Origin: Ostreococcus lucimarinus
Lineage: Eukaryota
NCBI GenBank assembly: GCA_000092065.1
Contig: CP000585.1
DNA length: 64,000 nt
Reading direction: 5' to 3' (one strand)
This document shows, in pieces, positions 1 to 10,292 of this stretch; the stretch's first letter is position 1; every line of letters starts with the position of its first letter. Position numbers and translations under genes: made by a program. Under the pieces are notes generated by a model. The model ran no database searches and was not told the origin of the DNA. It saw only the letters and a program-made list of their open reading frames with translations.

Positions 1-146
1 GAGCTGTGGGTACGTGTACGAGCCGGCGAAGGGGCGAAGGTACGCGGAAGACGACGAGGCGGTGCTGCGAGCGACGCGCGATTCGGTTAGAGACGCTCGC
101 GGGATATCTACCGGTGGGTGATTAGAATTAGAAGTGCAATCGGAGT

Positions 147-2606
147 TTAGACGGAGTAAGTCTTCGAGCCGTCCTGGCGAACGTCGCCGCGCAGAACGAG
201 CTCGGCGATGTCCTCGCACGAGCCGAGGAAGAGCGGCGAGCGCTCGTGAAGCGTCGTCGGTTTCTTGTCGAGTATGGTTTCGACGCCGTTTGTCGCTTCG
301 TCCGAGCAACGAATGCCATCAGAAGATGCCGCACCGGCGGCGCGAGCGACGAAGGCGAGTGGAGCCGCTTCGAAGACAACGCGAAGGTGCGGTCGCGGGT
401 TGCCACACCATCCGCCGTAAATCAGCGTTCGGTGCGCATCCCCGACGAGCGAACAGATGTATCGCGCGCTGTACTGAGAGCCGCTCTCGCCTCGACCGTT
501 ACGAATATCATTAATGTACGACTTCAAGCCTTCGGGCCAGTCATCAAATCTGGCGTCGTTGAGCGAGTACACTTGACCTCTGGGAGGGCACGACATACGT
601 TTGTTTGCCACGGCGAATTCGCCGTCAAACAACGTGTACTCGACCGCTGGACCTTCATCGCCGCACGCAAGAACTAACGTTGTCGCGCCGCTATAGTGCG
701 CGTATCCAGCGGCGACTTGCTCGCGCCCTGGTTGCACGGCGTTCTCTTCGGCAGAAGCTCCCTCGATAGCGCGATATACGCCGAAGATTGACCCCACTGG
801 AACATTGCAGGCAATGTTTCGCGAGCCATCGAGCGGATCAATGCACACGACGTAACCACCGTCGACATTCAACACAACAGGCGTGTCATCTTCCTCGCTA
901 GCGTAGTACTTGACACCTCCACACTCCGTAAGGTGCCTTTTAAAGATGTCATTCGCCACGACGTCGAGCTTTTGCTGCGAATCGCCGGAAGCGTTACTTC
1001 CACCTGCGGCGCCGAGAAGTTCGCTGCCTCGCAAAGGCGCGCTCGCTAAAGCACTTGCGAGCTCTTTACTTGCGTTCGCCAGGGCGACGAGGACTTTACT
1101 CAGCATCAAGCGTTCTGTGGGCGAGCTATCGCGACCGGCGAAAGATTCGCATTCATGAATTTGTGAACCGACGGCGAACTGTCTTGCCGGATTGGAGTTC
1201 CATTGGACAACGCCGTACTTACCGGTGACCATCCAGCTTTCTTCCTTCTTGGCCATTTCTTGACGTTCACGAGAAATACCGCACCCCAGCTCAGCTTTCA
1301 ACGTACGCAAAGCTAATAGTGGTGCGGGAAAATACGCCGAGACGTCTTCGAAAGGCGTGTCCAGCTCCCACAAACAATCATTAAGAAGCCGCCGATAGTT
1401 CGCGTCTCCCTTGATGATGACGAGATCTGAAGACTTCAAGTCATCGTGAGCTTTCCGCGGGAGCGCCCATAACGGTTGTGGCTGGCACCATGCAAAGTCC
1501 GGTGTGATCGCCCACGCGCCACTACTGAGATGCGCCGCCCATCGACGGCCCATGACAGCCGTGTCCTCGTCCTCGCTCTTCATCATCGCGTCGATGGTAT
1601 CTCTGCAATCCTTGTCCATCGCATCCGACACAAAGACAGGGTGCGCCTTGACGCGAAGGATTACTCGTTGCACAGCACCGCTGGTGATCAGCGCATCCGC
1701 GAGTGCGAGGTCGCTCACAAGCTCGAAGCCGGCGTTGTCAACGACGATCGACACGTCACGCATGCCCTTCGCGAGCGCTGTGGACACCCGTTCGCTATCG
1801 TCCCACAGAAGGTACTCTTCACCAGCGTGTAGCGCTTCGACAAATGCCTCGCTTGCGCGATTCGATCCATCGCCATCCGATCCAGACTCAGGCCATATAC
1901 TCAGATCCATTCGGTTTCCCCAAAGTGCCACCATAACAAAGAGTCGAAGTTCTTCGGCGAGCGTCGACGCAGTCTTGGCTCGTTTTGAGAAAGAGTTGGC
2001 CTTCTTCGCCAGAGACGCCGCTGCCTGCGCGCCTGCACGCAGGCCATTCATTTTATCTACCGAGAACGGGTCGAAGTTAAAGAGCTTGGACTCTGAATCG
2101 AAGTAACCGATGGCGTTCAGGATGCGTCGATAAAAGTAAAACTCGACCAGAAGCCAAGGCGCGTCTAACCACGTCGTTCCAATCCACGGATCAAGGATTT
2201 CGCGCCACGTCTCGATATCAGGACCACCATCCGGTGTGATGTGTTCGATGACACTCGTCGACGCCGTGGAGAGCTCAGCCTCGAGTCTACGTAGTTTAAT
2301 CTCTGCGTCGCTCCCGGGCGTGAGTACAGTGGCATTGTCCCTGAAAACTCTTCCAAGAATGTCTTCACGAAGACGGCGATTCACAGTGTCGTACGACCAC
2401 GTTCCCGGGACGTTGTTCACGATCACGGGTGGCGTGGAACCGTCCCAAGTGCGCGGGCCCGCTGCGGCGCCATTATCCATCCGTCCCGCTCGTCTTCGCA
2501 GAGACGCTCGACTCTCCCTGAGCATCGACGACGACGTGCGACGCGACGAAGGAGACGCCGTTGATGCCGTCGACGCGCGCTCGTGCGCGCTCAGTGCTGC
2601 GCGCAT
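147..2606 (-). CDS. Fusion protein: N-terminal DUF89/ARMT1-like metal-dependent sugar-phosphate phosphatase domain joined to C-terminal fructose-1,6-bisphosphatase; Ser/Arg/Ala-rich N-terminus suggests organelle targeting
   Basis: ATG at 2606..2604. DUF89 motifs VVDNAGFELVSDL and IIKGDANYRRL in the N-terminal ~430 aa. FBPase motifs VVCIDPLDGSRNIACNVPVGSIFGVY, RYICSLVGDAHRTLIYGG and HLRVVFEAAPLAFVARAAGG in the C-terminal ~370 aa. Single uninterrupted 819-codon ORF. Confidence 0.75.
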   Translation of the reverse strand: MRAALSAHERASTASTASPSSRRTSSSMLRESRASLRRRAGRMDNGAAAGPRTWDGSTPPVIVNNVPGTWSYDTVNRRLREDILGRVFRDNATVLTPGSDAEIKLRRLEAELSTASTSVIEHITPDGGPDIETWREILDPWIGTTWLDAPWLLVEFYFYRRILNAIGYFDSESKLFNFDPFSVDKMNGLRAGAQAAASLAKKANSFSKRAKTASTLAEELRLFVMVALWGNRMDLSIWPESGSDGDGSNRASEAFVEALHAGEEYLLWDDSERVSTALAKGMRDVSIVVDNAGFELVSDLALADALITSGAVQRVILRVKAHPVFVSDAMDKDCRDTIDAMMKSEDEDTAVMGRRWAAHLSSGAWAITPDFAWCQPQPLWALPRKAHDDLKSSDLVIIKGDANYRRLLNDCLWELDTPFEDVSAYFPAPLLALRTLKAELGCGISRERQEMAKKEESWMVTGKYGVVQWNSNPARQFAVGSQIHECESFAGRDSSPTERLMLSKVLVALANASKELASALASAPLRGSELLGAAGGSNASGDSQQKLDVVANDIFKRHLTECGGVKYYASEEDDTPVVLNVDGGYVVCIDPLDGSRNIACNVPVGSIFGVYRAIEGASAEENAVQPGREQVAAGYAHYSGATTLVLACGDEGPAVEYTLFDGEFAVANKRMSCPPRGQVYSLNDARFDDWPEGLKSYINDIRNGRGESGSQYSARYICSLVGDAHRTLIYGGWCGNPRPHLRVVFEAAPLAFVARAAGAASSDGIRCSDEATNGVETILDKKPTTLHERSPLFLGSCEDIAELVLRGDVRQDGSKTYSV

Positions 2607-2618
2607 CTTTGTAGCGCG

Positions 2619-4427
2619 TCACTCACCACTCTCGCGCATGGCGACAAAGCGCGCTAAAAAAGACTCCAGAATGAAAACTCGATAGGCGAGCAATTCGCTA
2701 AACTCGTCGTCTTCGAGGGATCGAATTTTCTCTAACATTATCTGCGCCAAGAACGGGTGAGACTTGAAGATTTCTTCGATGGCCGATGCGCGCGCGCGCC
2801 AGAGTTCGCACACGGTGAGCGCCGAAGCGCGGACTGATTTTCTTCGTTCGGGTGGAATGAGTTCGTCCAATCCAAAGTAGCACAAGTACGCATCGGCTTG
2901 CCCAGTGAGAACAGCGATCATTTTGCGCTCGTTGGGACTTGAAATTGCCACGACTCCTTCGGTGACGACGTAAAAGTAACCAGAATCTATGACCATTCCA
3001 GGCTCGATGACGACTAGCTCGAATACACTCACGATGTGCTGACAAAGGCCGTTCGAGACGTTCCCGAATATTCGACCAACGTTCGGCGCGAGCATGTGGT
3101 GCGCCATGGACGCCATTAAATCAGTCGGCAATGACTTCATGATTTCTTCGTTTTCTCGTAGGAACGTGCGCCGTGGCTCGACTTCTGAAATGAACGACAT
3201 GATGTGCCTCCTGATGTGCGTCGGTGCGTGTTGCCGATCGAGAAATGCGTGCACACGCGTCACGCGTTCTCGAAATTTGCGCTGTCGCGACATCGTTGTT
3301 GAAAGTGCCTGAATCGATGCTCCCATGCTCCCAACGAGATAGGCGAAGAAGATCGCGCCCACGATCATCGCTACGGTCGATATGCAACGCTCGAGGTCAT
3401 TCGATCCCGCAGAGATGTCGCCAAAACCGACGGTCGTGATCGTGGCAGTGGCAAAATATAGTGCAACGATGTAGATTTCGGAGTTTGACCCATCTGCCAA
3501 GTCCGCCTGCGTGAGCCAGCTTTGATTACGGCCTTCCTGAATCGCAACGAAGATGTAGACGCACGCCACAGAATGGACCAAAAGCGCAAACACGAGCAGC
3601 GTCTGCGCGATGAATATCACCATCGGAGTCATACGAAACAGCTTCATGAACAAAATCTCCGGCGTCGTCAACGATGAACCAGTCACTCGAAGAACTCGCA
3701 AAAGACGTAGAATTCTCGTTAGGCGTTCCACCGGTGTGGATTCGCCTTTAATCGAGGCGATTATTTGCACGACAAACGGGACGCTCACTATCACGTCCGT
3801 GACAAATGAACCTTCAAGGATGTATATCTTACGGATGAGTCTGGGAGTCGTGATGAGCTTCCGTCGCCCCGTGGAGCGACACGTCAAAACTTTGGCTTCT
3901 AAGAAGTTGACCACAAACGTATCGATGAAGAAGAGCGCTCCTGCGACGAAATCGATAATCGGCGCAGCACTCAACCCTCTCCCTTTGAGCTTCATCGGGT
4001 AATCAAACGCTATGACAAACGGTTCAATGACAGACATCATCACTGTTACCGCCACGATGATCACGTTCCAAGCAAGCTGAAATCGCGACGACGGGAGAAA
4101 AAGAGATTCCCACCGTGGCCGACGATGCCGCGTTCTTCGCGCGTCCTCTTTCACGTACGCGTAGAACCTACTCGAATTCACCAACACGCCGTGTTTATAC
4201 GATTCTCGCACAAGTGTAGACTCGAGATCATCTTCTTCTATCACGAAACCTTCGATATCTTCCTCTTGCTCAAGACATTGTGACAACGGCGTGGCTCTGC
4301 GCTCTACGACTCCTGGTCCACCGTGCGCAAGCCTTATCGCAGCAGAGATGGCTGTGCCGCCCCAAGGTAAACGATCGCGCGTGCGATCAGAGGATAGCAG
4401 TGCTTGCTCGAGCGATCGGAATGACAT
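2619..4427 (-). CDS. Voltage-gated K+ channel of the cyclic-nucleotide-binding-domain family (KAT/AKT/EAG-like)
   Basis: ATG at 4427..4425. S4-like RILRLLRVLRVTG, pore TTVGFGD, and a C-terminal cNMP-binding fold (GMVIDSGYFYVVTEGVV...). Confidence 0.75.
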   Translation of the reverse strand: MSFRSLEQALLSSDRTRDRLPWGGTAISAAIRLAHGGPGVVERRATPLSQCLEQEEDIEGFVIEEDDLESTLVRESYKHGVLVNSSRFYAYVKEDARRTRHRRPRWESLFLPSSRFQLAWNVIIVAVTVMMSVIEPFVIAFDYPMKLKGRGLSAAPIIDFVAGALFFIDTFVVNFLEAKVLTCRSTGRRKLITTPRLIRKIYILEGSFVTDVIVSVPFVVQIIASIKGESTPVERLTRILRLLRVLRVTGSSLTTPEILFMKLFRMTPMVIFIAQTLLVFALLVHSVACVYIFVAIQEGRNQSWLTQADLADGSNSEIYIVALYFATATITTVGFGDISAGSNDLERCISTVAMIVGAIFFAYLVGSMGASIQALSTTMSRQRKFRERVTRVHAFLDRQHAPTHIRRHIMSFISEVEPRRTFLRENEEIMKSLPTDLMASMAHHMLAPNVGRIFGNVSNGLCQHIVSVFELVVIEPGMVIDSGYFYVVTEGVVAISSPNERKMIAVLTGQADAYLCYFGLDELIPPERRKSVRASALTVCELWRARASAIEEIFKSHPFLAQIMLEKIRSLEDDEFSELLAYRVFILESFLARFVAMRESGE

Positions 4428-4511
4428 GCGAAACGGTTAGGAAGGAGCGCGAGGTATACTGTGGGGGCACCGGCGTCGTAACTACGATGTGTTTGGAATA
4501 CAATACTATAC

Positions 4512-6872
4512 TCAAAGTTTGAGAGATGGCTTGTTCTTCGCGGAGTCTGACTTGCTCTTCTTCGCCACACCGCCGCGCGCGGCGTCTGCGTCTTTGGCAT
4601 CTTGGAGCATGCCGAAAACCTTGCTCGATTTGGAGAAATCGGATTTGGATTTCCCAGCCGCCGAACCGACGGCGAGCATCGCAACTTTCGGCGCCTTGCG
4701 CGTGAAACCAGCATCTTCTTCTGCCTTGTGCTGGGCCTCGCGTGCGCGGTCTCGTTTGGCCTTGACGCGATCTTTCTCTTCTTGCGCGGCTTTGGACTTC
4801 CGTTTTCGCTTGGCACGACCAGCCTTGCGTTCCTCCTTGGTGAGTTCGTCGTCCGCCTTGACGGCGCCAGCGGCGGAGCCGCGCTGTCCGCCCTTGCCTT
4901 CGCCTCCCGCGAAGACTTCCTCGGGCGCCAGACGTTTGGACTCGTCGAACGTCAACGGCACAATATTCCCCTTCGCACGCGCGGCGAGTTCCCGATCGAT
5001 CTTCTTTTCGAGATCCTTCGGATCCTCCACCTCGCCCGTTTGCAAGAGCACGTCCAAGCGATACGAAAGCGTGGCCCAGAGCTTCTTCACCTCGGCAACC
5101 ATGGGGTCTTCCTTCTCGCCGAGCGCGACGCCAGCCTTTTGACGCATGTACTCATCGGCGTAAATATCACCTAAACCCTTGGTAGACTTGGTGTCGTCGA
5201 GTTGTGGGAGCTCCTTGCGTTCGCGCTCCTCCACGGGTTCGACACGCTCGACGTCGTCGAATCGGCCTTCGATGATTCGCTGCTTGATGATTTCCTCGAG
5301 CTTCTGGGTTATCTCTGCGCTGATCACCGGCGCAGGTGCCATGACGTGCTCGAACTCGAGATCAGTTTCCAACGCGCTATTCATCGGCCGCTCTTTTGCT
5401 GCGGCTTCACCCTTGAGAAGCCAAGACTTTTCGCCGATGGCCGCGGCTTCGAGCTTTTCGATTTGGCGCCCGAGCGCTTCTTGTTGGCGCTGGAACGCCG
5501 ACTTCGGACCCGACCGCGGCACTTCCTTCTCGTCGTCGTCGATGGCGTCGCTATCGCCGTCTTCGCCCTCCGCCTCCGCACGAGCAAGCTCGGCGTCCAA
5601 ATCCGCGTCCAGCTTTCTATCCAACTCATCGAGCTCTTCTTCGTCGCCAGCGACGAGTTCGTCTTCTTCGTCCTCTTCTTCCTCGTCGTCGTACTCGTCC
5701 GCGTCATCGTCATGGTTTTCGATTCCACGACTACCGGCGATACCGGTCTCCAACTCCCCATCCAAATCGTCATCCTCTTCGTCGTCGTCTTCGCCGTCCT
5801 CAAGTTCGTTGAACATGTCCTCCTCCTCGTCGCTCAACTCGTTCAGTTCAGCGTCTGTCGAAGCGCCGAGCTTGCCACCCTTGCGCCCACCGAGAGGCTG
5901 CCCCTGGCGCTTGCCGAAAAAGTCTTCAAACATTAAATCTTGCGCCTTCTTGCCCTTGGTGGCTTTCCTCGTCGATTTTTTCTTGCGCGCGCTCGCGCTC
6001 ACGCCGGCGAGTTTCGCCGTGTACGCCAACGCGTCATCAAGGTCATCCTCCTCGTCAGAGTTCTCGTTTTCGTCCCCATCTTCGTCGCTGTCGCTCATGT
6101 CTCCGTATATGTCGAGCATATCGTCGTCTGACTCGCCCTCTTCGTCCGCCGAGCCGCCGTCTACTTCTTCGTTCGCGCGACGGCGCTTCTCCTCCTCGAC
6201 GTCTCCTTGATCCATGAAGCTCTCCATCTCGTCCAAACTAAACATTCCAGGCTTTTGAAAGATCTGCGCGGTGCGATCACTTCCGCTCGATTTCTTACCG
6301 CTCTTCGCGCGTCGATCGTCCCGTCCTTCGTCGTCGTCTTCGCTTTCGTCTTCGCCGCCGCCTTCGTCGCTTTCGCCCTCGTCTTCGCTCTCGTCGTCAT
6401 CGCTCCCTCCCTCACCCTCATCGATCGACACTCGAAACAACTTATCGACGTCTATCTCGCCCCCCCGCGCGCCTTTCCCGCCCAACGCTCGCACCGCGCG
6501 CTTACACGCCGCCAACACCGGCGCCGTCTGCGCGTCCACCTGCGTCCACACCTGCTCGCAATCCAACCCATCGACCACGAGTTCGTCCCCCAGCGGCAGC
6601 GCGATCGTCCGCGCGCCCTCTCCCGCGATCACCGCTCGCGTGAGCCGCGCGAACAGCGCGCGCGCGGCGTCCCGCACCGCCTCGCGCGCCTTCGTCGCCG
6701 TCGCCTCCGTCGAGCCGCCGCCGCCGACCGCGCGTTTCCGCCGCGCGCCGGGCGCGCGCGACGCGCGCGGCGTCGCCCCCGAGTCCGCGAGCGTCGTCGC
6801 GAGCGTCGTCGCCCATCGCGCGTCGGGCACCGCGGGCGCCGCCGCGGGCGCGCCGCGCCGCCGCGCGCCCAT
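4512..6872 (-). CDS. U3 snoRNP protein MPP10 homologue (highly acidic nucleolar protein)
   Basis: Long Asp/Glu tracts. Conserved MPP10 core: KSAFQRQQEALGRQIEKLE...ERPMNSALETDLEFEHVMAPAPVISAEITQKLEEIIKQRI. Basic KR-rich C-terminus. Confidence 0.6.
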   Translation of the reverse strand: MGARRRGAPAAAPAVPDARWATTLATTLADSGATPRASRAPGARRKRAVGGGGSTEATATKAREAVRDAARALFARLTRAVIAGEGARTIALPLGDELVVDGLDCEQVWTQVDAQTAPVLAACKRAVRALGGKGARGGEIDVDKLFRVSIDEGEGGSDDDESEDEGESDEGGGEDESEDDDEGRDDRRAKSGKKSSGSDRTAQIFQKPGMFSLDEMESFMDQGDVEEEKRRRANEEVDGGSADEEGESDDDMLDIYGDMSDSDEDGDENENSDEEDDLDDALAYTAKLAGVSASARKKKSTRKATKGKKAQDLMFEDFFGKRQGQPLGGRKGGKLGASTDAELNELSDEEEDMFNELEDGEDDDEEDDDLDGELETGIAGSRGIENHDDDADEYDDEEEEDEEDELVAGDEEELDELDRKLDADLDAELARAEAEGEDGDSDAIDDDEKEVPRSGPKSAFQRQQEALGRQIEKLEAAAIGEKSWLLKGEAAAKERPMNSALETDLEFEHVMAPAPVISAEITQKLEEIIKQRIIEGRFDDVERVEPVEERERKELPQLDDTKSTKGLGDIYADEYMRQKAGVALGEKEDPMVAEVKKLWATLSYRLDVLLQTGEVEDPKDLEKKIDRELAARAKGNIVPLTFDESKRLAPEEVFAGGEGKGGQRGSAAGAVKADDELTKEERKAGRAKRKRKSKAAQEEKDRVKAKRDRAREAQHKAEEDAGFTRKAPKVAMLAVGSAAGKSKSDFSKSSKVFGMLQDAKDADAARGGVAKKSKSDSAKNKPSLKL

Positions 6873-7422
6873 CGCCGCGCGTCGCGAAGTCGCGCGTCGG
6901 CGGGCGCGTCCACACTACGAGGATGCGCGCTATCTGTACAGGCAAACAGTGAGAGATGGTGGTCGGTCGGACGCGCGGGCTCGGCGACCGCCGCGCGCGC
7001 GCGCGCCGTCTCTTCACGACGCGCGACTTCACGCGATGGGTGCGTCCTCGACGAGCGCGCGCGAGCGACGCGAGCGCGACGACGCGGAGGCGCCGCGGCG
7101 CGCGCGCGGACGTCGCGCGCGACGGCGACGCGACGCGCGCGGACGTCGCGCGGGCGCGACGATCGCGCGTAGGGTCGCGGTGACGCGCGCGATGACGCGC
7201 GCGCGGGGCGCGACGCCGCGCGTCGGACGCGGCGCGCGCGCGATGGGTGTGGATGATATCGCGCGCGCGCGGTGCGCGCGGGTCGACGCGCGCGGGCGCG
7301 CGCGGGCGACGCAGGCGAGGATGACGGGGGCGACGCTGGGATGGGGCGAAAGCCCTAACCTCGCGATGGCGCGATGGACGCGGGGCGACCGCGGCGCGCG
7401 GACGGCGCGCGGACGCGCGGAG

Positions 7423-7871
7423 ATGGGTGAATGCGTGAAGCATAAATATTTCGCGCGCGCGATCGATGACTGACGACGACTCGCGAACGTTTTATCGACG
7501 CAGTGCACCTTCGATGCCACGAACTCCGCGAGCGCTCCAAGCACGACTTGAAGCAGCAGCTGGAACAGTTGAAGACGGAACTCGCGGCGCTGCGAGTCGC
7601 GAAAGTCACGGGTGGTGCGCCCGGTAAGCTTAGTAAGATTAAGCAAGTGAGACTGGCGATCGCGCAAACGCTCACGGTGATGCGTCACAAGCAGTTGAAC
7701 TCGTTGCGCGAGGCGTACGCGGGGGCGAAGTACACGCCGCTCGACTTGCGACAAAAGAAGACGCGCGCGATTCGCCGCGCGTTGACCAAGTCCGAGAAGG
7801 GTGCGAAGACTGTTCGCCAGGCGAAGAAGGACGCCGCGTTCCCGAAGCGCAAGTACGCGCTCAAGGCGTAA
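7423..7871 (+). CDS. RPL35: 60S ribosomal protein L35 (uL29); inferred model join(7423..7426,7504..7871) with a 77-nt intron right after ATG+G
   Basis: Strong identity to eukaryotic L35 ([26 protein letters not shown]...[12 protein letters not shown]...RKYALKA). The ORF-track start is GTG. Upstream ATGG (7423..7426) followed by GTGAAT, then CTGAC 26 nt before a CAG acceptor ending at 7503. The spliced N-terminus [14 protein letters not shown] aligns with plant L35 MARIKVHELREKSK. Confidence 0.8.
7427..7503 (+). other. Predicted spliceosomal intron of the RPL35 gene (GTGAAT...CTGACGA...CAG)
   Basis: Donor GTGAAT at 7427, branch-like CTGAC at 7470..7474, polypyrimidine TTTTAT, acceptor CAG at 7501..7503. 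The splice restores a canonical L35 N-terminus. Confidence 0.5.
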
Positions 7872-8054
7872 AGGAACTGCGATTCTTTTTCGTAGAAAAC
7901 TTCTTTAGGATGGACGTGACGAGATAGCTTTGTAATCGAATTCCGGCGAGATTTCGACATTCCCGGCGCGTTCGACCATGACCCGCGCGCCGCGCAAGCT
8001 CGTGTTTGCTGTCGTTGAATGAATTAAATCGTTGCTACGCGACGCGTGTACAAT

Positions 8055-9269
8055 TCACGCCGCTCTGCTATTTGGGGAGTCGTCGTCGTCGGCTTGCGGC
8101 GCCGGCGCGTTTTTGCGCGTCTCTTCCTCGGCAAACTCTTTCAAGAGCTCTTCTTGCCGCGGCGACAAATTTGCGGGCGTCGAAACGCTAAACCTAACAA
8201 ACAAATCACCGACGAGAGCGGTGCCGAGAACCGGCAAACCGCGCCCGCGCAATCGTAACTGGTCTCCGTGTTGCGTCGCCTTGCGAACCTTGACCTCGAC
8301 TTCGCCGTCCATCGTCGGCGCCTTCACCGTGCCCCCCAAAGCGGCGGTAGGGAAGGGAATATCGATGCTCGTGACCAAATCGCTTCCGACGCGTCTAAAT
8401 CGCGGATCCATCCTGACCTGGACGTTGATATATAAGCTACCTACGCGCCCTCCGACGCCGCGAATGCCTTCGCCGGCGACGCGCAGTCTTTGCCCATCCT
8501 CGACGCCCTTTGGGATGTCCACCTTGACCTCTCGCGCGGGCTGCGTCTCACGCTTCCCTCGCACGTTCGTCACCGTCTCTGGAATGTTGATTTCTCGGCT
8601 CACGCCGCGGCGGACGTCATCCAGGGTTATTTGAACGTTTGCCTGAATATCGCGAGCGCCGCCGCGACCGCCGCCGAAGAAGTCTTGCAAAACTTCCTCG
8701 AACGGATCGAACCCACCCGCGCCGCCGCCGCTCTGGTAAAACCCTTGGAATCCACCTCGTCCGCCGAAATCTTGGAACCCGCTGAACCCTCCTCCCCCGG
8801 CCCCGCCCCCGCCGTTCTCCATGCTCTCGTAATTCGCGTGTCCGACTTGGTCGTACGCGCTTCGCGTCTTCGCGTCCCTCAACACCTCGTACGCCTTCTG
8901 CACCTCCTGAAACCGCTTCTCCGTCTCCTCGTCGCCCTTATTCGTGTCCGGGTGATACTTCTTCGCCAACGCGTAGTACGCCTTTTTAATCTCCCCCGCG
9001 CTCGCGCCGCGCTCCACGCCCAGCACCTCGTAATAGCTCCGTCCCGCCGCCTCCGCCCGCGCGCTCGCGCGAAATCCTCGCGCCCGCGCCGCCGCCGCCG
9101 CCACCGCGCTCCCGATCGTCGTCGTCGCCGCCGTCGACCGTCTCGCGAACCCATCGCGCGCGCCGCGCGTCGCCGTCGTCGACATCGTTCGCCGCGCGTC
9201 GCGCGCGCCCGCGCGTTCGATCGCGCGCGCGGCGCGTCGCGCGACCGCGATCGCTCTCGCGCGCGACAT
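8055..9269 (-). CDS. DnaJ/Hsp40 chaperone (J domain + Gly/Phe-rich region + C-terminal substrate-binding domain, no CxxCxGxG zinc finger), probably organelle-targeted
   Basis: ATG at 9269..9267. J domain [34 protein letters not shown] region, DnaJ C-terminal domain. The ORF-track extension to 10334 is an Arg-rich artefact. Confidence 0.75.
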   Translation of the reverse strand: MSRARAIAVARRAARAIERAGARDARRTMSTTATRGARDGFARRSTAATTTIGSAVAAAAARARGFRASARAEAAGRSYYEVLGVERGASAGEIKKAYYALAKKYHPDTNKGDEETEKRFQEVQKAYEVLRDAKTRSAYDQVGHANYESMENGGGGAGGGGFSGFQDFGGRGGFQGFYQSGGGAGGFDPFEEVLQDFFGGGRGGARDIQANVQITLDDVRRGVSREINIPETVTNVRGKRETQPAREVKVDIPKGVEDGQRLRVAGEGIRGVGGRVGSLYINVQVRMDPRFRRVGSDLVTSIDIPFPTAALGGTVKAPTMDGEVEVKVRKATQHGDQLRLRGRGLPVLGTALVGDLFVRFSVSTPANLSPRQEELLKEFAEEETRKNAPAPQADDDDSPNSRAA

Positions 9270-9464
9270 GTTCGTCGCGTCGTTCGACGCGCCGCGCGTC
9301 GCGCGACGCGAAGTGCGCGCGACGACGCGAATTCGCGCCGACGCATCCGTCGAATCGCTCGCGCGGCGAAAACCTCGACCGCCGACGACGCGACGCATCG
9401 CGACGCGCGAGCGCACGCGCGAGCGCTCGACGCGCGACGGCGCGCGAACGAACGCGCGCGAGCG

Positions 9465-10292
9465 ATGCACCTGGCGCGCGCGATGGCGTTCAGAACCGCC
9501 GCGCGAGGCGGAGGCGCGCGCGTGGCGATGCCCTCGAACGCGCCGGCGCGAGCGCGAACGTACCGCGCGAGCGACGTGACGTGCGGACGCAAGGCGGCGA
9601 AGATCGCGCAGAAGAAGGGCAAGACGGACGCGGCGCGCACGAAGCTGTACGGAAGGTACGGGAAGCTGATCGCGCAGACGGTGAAGCAGGGAGGGAGCGC
9701 GGACCCGGTGGCGAACGCGGCGCTGGGGAAACTGCTGAAGCAGGCGCAAGCGGCGAACGTGCCGAGAGATTTGATCGAAAGAAACATAAAAAAGGCGGCG
9801 GAAGGGAAATCTGGGGATTACTTTGAGCTGACGTACGAGGTGTACGGGGCGGGAGGGGTCGGGATCGTGTGCGAGGTGCTGACGGATAACGTCAACCGCG
9901 CGGCGAGCGAGACGAGAACCGCGGCGACGAAGGCTGGGGGCAAGATGGCCGAATCGGGAAGCGTTATGTTTAACTTTAATCGACGCGGCGTGTGCGTGCT
10001 CGACGGTGGCGACGAAGAGGCGGTGTTTGAGGCGGCGATGGAAGCCGGCGCCGAGGACATCGTTCCGCGACGCGACGGCGCCGAGGGTTGGGACGTCGTC
10101 TGCGAGCTGGACGATTTCTCCGCCGTGCAGGACGCGCTCAGCGAAGCGGGATTCACGATCAACGAAGACACCGGGCTGAAGTGCATCCCGATCAACGAGA
10201 TCGAGACGAGCGACGAAGACGCCGACGTCAACGACAAGATCATCGACGCGCTGCTCGATCTCGACGACGTCGACGCGGTGTACTCGCAATAA
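9465..10292 (+). CDS. YebC/PmpR-family protein (TACO1-like translational activator/transcriptional regulator), probably organelle-targeted
   Basis: ATG at 9465. YebC family signature [66 protein letters not shown], with the remainder of the fold through to the C-terminus. Confidence 0.75.
   Translation: MHLARAMAFRTAARGGGARVAMPSNAPARARTYRASDVTCGRKAAKIAQKKGKTDAARTKLYGRYGKLIAQTVKQGGSADPVANAALGKLLKQAQAANVPRDLIERNIKKAAEGKSGDYFELTYEVYGAGGVGIVCEVLTDNVNRAASETRTAATKAGGKMAESGSVMFNFNRRGVCVLDGGDEEAVFEAAMEAGAEDIVPRRDGAEGWDVVCELDDFSAVQDALSEAGFTINEDTGLKCIPINEIETSDEDADVNDKIIDALLDLDDVDAVYSQ

Noticed and set aside
6207-7473. Long Arg/Ala/Pro-rich ORFs on both strands in the 6873..7422 intergenic region (for example 6271..7473 +, 6502..7443 -)
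   Set aside because: They are pure low-complexity translations of (GCG)n-type GC-rich DNA. No domain is present. The ORFs persist in several frames and strands at once, which is characteristic of GC-rich non-coding sequence.
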